Source: an uncultured Verrucomicrobiae bacterium (GTDB lineage Bacteria; Verrucomicrobiota; Verrucomicrobiia; Chthoniobacterales; Chthoniobacteraceae). Taken from it: DNA of 64,000 bases. This document shows, piece after piece, positions 61,509 through 64,000 of this stretch (positions within the stretch are counted from its first letter, which is position 1; the number at the start of each line of letters is the position of its first letter). The notes under the pieces are model-generated. The model made no database searches. It saw only the letters and a program-made list of their open reading frames with translations, and was not told the DNA's origin. A program made the translations under genes and the position numbers. The stretch lies in contig CAVYKI010000012.1 of NCBI GenBank assembly GCA_963769025.1, positions 288,001 through 352,000 of the forward strand, read 5' to 3'.

Positions 61509-64000
61509 TTACTTGCGGGCGAATCGCGCGCGTGTACCGGTGAAGCGGCGGCGCTCGCGGTAGCCGATGAGCGCGCACAGAGCGACCACACCGATGAGCG
61601 CCGTCGTCGCAGGTTCCGGCACCGGCACGATCTCGTACTGGCTGCCGAAGCTGACTTCCGCGGCGCCAAATCCGATCTGCGTCATGCCGCTGTCCGAGAA
61701 GAATGTGATGTTCGCGAGCTGCCCGGCGTTGAACCCGCTGCCCGTGCCGTTGAACAGGAACCGATCCTGGCCATCGCCGAGGCTGCCGGTGTCATTGGCG
61801 AAGCTGCCGACCGGGTAGCTGCCCGCGGTCCAGTTCCAGATTGCCAGCGTGCCGCTGGCAAAGGTCGCATTCTGCGCGAAGACCAGCGCGTTGCCCACCG
61901 TCCCGGTTCCGAAGTCCAGCGTCGAGGCACCGCTCAGTGTCAGCGCGCCGAAGGTCTGCGTCTTCGTCGTGTCGTTGGAGACGGTGGAACCAACCGCGAG
62001 CGTGCCGCCGGCGAGATTCATCGTCGCCGTGGTGTTCACGACGTTGCTTGCATTGTTGTTCATCACCAGCGTGCCGCCACTGTTCACCGAGACGCCGGTC
62101 GTGCCGCTCAGGCTGCCGCCGGTCGCCAGTTCGAGCGTGCCGGTGGAGGTCACCACGGTCGCGCCGTTATACGTGTTGTTGTTGCTCACCGTGGTAGTGC
62201 CGCCGCTGATGGTAAGGTCGGAGTTCGGATTCGATCCGACGATCGCGCCGGTCACGGCGATTCCATTCGCACCGCCAGCCAGCGTGAGCACGGTGCCGTT
62301 CTTGGTGAGGGTTCCGGCGAGCGTCAGCTTGCCTGTGCCGCTGTTTTGGACGGTGTCATTGCCGTTGCCGAGTGCGGTGATGTTCTTGTCGAGTGTGCCC
62401 GCGCCGCCGGTGTAGTTCAGCGTCCCGGAGGAGGTCGATGCGACGCCGAGCGTGACGGCATTGGCGCCGGTGTTCATGCCGAGCGACTGCGAAGTCGCAC
62501 CGGCTGCCACGGTGTCGATGTTCACCGTGCCGGCGTTGATGTTTGTCGCGCCGGTGTAGCTGTTGACGCCGGTGAGCGTCAGCGTGCCGCCGGTAGTCTT
62601 GACCAAGTTTGCGCCACCGTTGAATTCGTTCAGGTTCGCCAGCGTGCCCTGCCGCAGATTGAAATTGATCGGCGTGCCGGTGGATCCGATCTTGTTGCCG
62701 CCCATGTCGAGCGCGGCGGTGGCACCGTCGAGCGTGACGTTGGCGGTCGTGCGCGTGACGGTGGACCGGATGATGTCTCCCGCGAGCGTGGTGGAACCGC
62801 CGGTGATGTTCAGATTGTCGGTCGTGGTGACCACGCCGGTCGCCGCAGTGAGGTTGCCGAGCCGGATGGAGAAGACGCCCGTGGTGCCGATGTTCACCGT
62901 GCCTCCGGAGATGTTCAGGTTGCCGATGATCGTTCTCGCTCCCCCTGAGGTGTCCGTCACCGTTCCCATGCTCACGCCACTGGCACCAATGGTGACCGAG
63001 CCGCCGCCGATGGTCACGCTGGAAGTGGTGACGGGGCTGACGGTCGCGGTGGTGCCGAGCGAGGCATTCCCGATGACCATTCCGGTGGCGACCAGGATGC
63101 CGGTGTCAAATTTGAAGTCGTTGTTGATCGTGAAATTGCGCCCGCCGCCGCCGACGGTCAGGGTGCTGATGAGCAGGTCGGCGTAGCGCCCGGTAAAGTC
63201 CACGAGGTTATGTTGCCCCGCCGTACCGGTTCCGGTATTCGCCCCCGTGCCGACATTGACGCCGACCGCACCGGTCCCGTTGAGGGCGCGGAGGGTGATC
63301 GCGCCGTTGGTGGCAGCCGGGTTGAAAATCATCACTCCAAGGTCACGGGTGCCGCTTGCGACGTTCAGCGTGTTCACGTTCAGCGTGGTCAGACCGGAGC
63401 CGAGCTGAACCGTGTTCGCCGTGCCGCCGGAGCTGAAACCGGGACTGTCGCCCACGTTGAAATTGGTCGCGGTGATGGTGGTGACCGGAGTGGTCGCCGT
63501 CACCCCTGTCGGGATGGGCAGCAGGAAGGTGGCGACGTTCGCGGTCACGTTGGTCGCGTCGTTGTTATTCACGCGGAGCGTGCCGCTCCCGAGGCTGATC
63601 GTCGTCGTCGCCAGACCGGTCAGGTCGAGCGTGGCGGCGTTGCCCACCGAGCCGGTGGCACCGCCGATCTGGAGGGTTCCAGCCGCGGCGCTGACATTGA
63701 ACGCGCCGACGCCCGGGGTCGCCCCGGTGATGGTCAATTTGGTCGTGGCGGTGCTCGACGGGTTGAAGCCGACGGTCACGTTGCCATTCACGGCCAGGGC
63801 CTTGCCGCTTCCGACGATGATGGTGTTGGCGGTGGCGCTGCTGGTCTGCACGAGCAGCGTGCCGCCAAAGGTGGCGTTCGACGGTGTCGTGCCGAGGTCG
63901 AGCGTGCCCGTAATGGTCGATGCGGCCGCGGCACCGAAGGTCAGCCCGCCGGAGAGCGTCTGGTCCGCCCCGAACCGGAGGGTGCCCTGGCCGATGATGG
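61509..64000 (-). CDS. Third autotransporter-repeat PEP-CTERM surface protein (5' part outside the window)
   Basis: Frame open from the window end; beta-strand repeats; C-terminal YEIVPVPEPATTALIGVVALCALIGYRERRRFTG. Confidence 0.92.
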   Translation of the reverse strand, partial: IIGQGTLRFGADQTLSGGLTFGAAAASTITGTLDLGTTPSNATFGGTLLVQTSSATANTIIVGSGKALAVNGNVTVGFNPSSTATTKLTITGATPGVGAFNVSAAAGTLQIGGATGSVGNAATLDLTGLATTTISLGSGTLRVNNNDATNVTANVATFLLPIPTGVTATTPVTTITATNFNVGDSPGFSSGGTANTVQLGSGLTTLNVNTLNVASGTRDLGVMIFNPAATNGAITLRALNGTGAVGVNVGTGANTGTGTAGQHNLVDFTGRYADLLISTLTVGGGGRNFTINNDFKFDTGILVATGMVIGNASLGTTATVSPVTTSSVTIGGGSVTIGASGVSMGTVTDTSGGARTIIGNLNISGGTVNIGTTGVFSIRLGNLTAATGVVTTTDNLNITGGSTTLAGDIIRSTVTRTTANVTLDGATAALDMGGNKIGSTGTPINFNLRQGTLANLNEFNGGANLVKTTGGTLTLTGVNSYTGATNINAGTVNIDTVAAGATSQSLGMNTGANAVTLGVASTSSGTLNYTGGAGTLDKNITALGNGNDTVQNSGTGKLTLAGTLTKNGTVLTLAGGANGIAVTGAIVGSNPNSDLTISGGTTTVSNNNTYNGATVVTSTGTLELATGGSLSGTTGVSVNSGGTLVMNNNASNVVNTTATMNLAGGTLAVGSTVSNDTTKTQTFGALTLSGASTLDFGTGTVGNALVFAQNATFASGTLAIWNWTAGSYPVGSFANDTGSLGDGQDRFLFNGTGSGFNAGQLANITFFSDSGMTQIGFGAAEVSFGSQYEIVPVPEPATTALIGVVALCALIGYRERRRFTGTRARFARK

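Noticed and set aside
40016..64000. Diversity-generating retroelement acting on the similar C-terminal blocks
   Set aside because: No reverse transcriptase in the window, and the differences are not adenine-specific; many are synonymous.

Overview
GC-rich bacterial window, most consistent with Verrucomicrobiota/Chthoniobacterales-like DNA (inferred from giant autotransporter-repeat proteins with VPEP...[YF]RER[RG]R tails). Left 7 kb: an uncharacterised minus-strand cluster with a HydE/PylB-like radical SAM enzyme, a HemN-like radical SAM enzyme, a signal-peptide-bearing tandem double methyltransferase and an upstream EamA transporter. Next is a divergently split ApbE/DUF3570 // TlpA/DUF4266 extracytoplasmic flavinylation-redox module. 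The middle holds housekeeping and transport genes: a sugar ABC operon interrupted by a MazF-like toxin-antitoxin cassette and a REP-like palindrome, tRNA-Asn, a CotH protein, a POT transporter and a prolyl oligopeptidase. The right half has three giant PEP-CTERM surface proteins (9.4 kb, about 20.5 kb, and one running off the window), plus fumC and a PmtA-like methyltransferase. Between the last two giant genes lies an orphan CRISPR-like mini-array: 3 repeats of 35-37 bp with an exact 66-bp period and no cas gene in the window. Many single-base frameshifts (fumC, the 20-kb gene, the peptidase, the binding protein) suggest indel errors in the assembly. All family calls come from motif recognition by eye, not from database searches.
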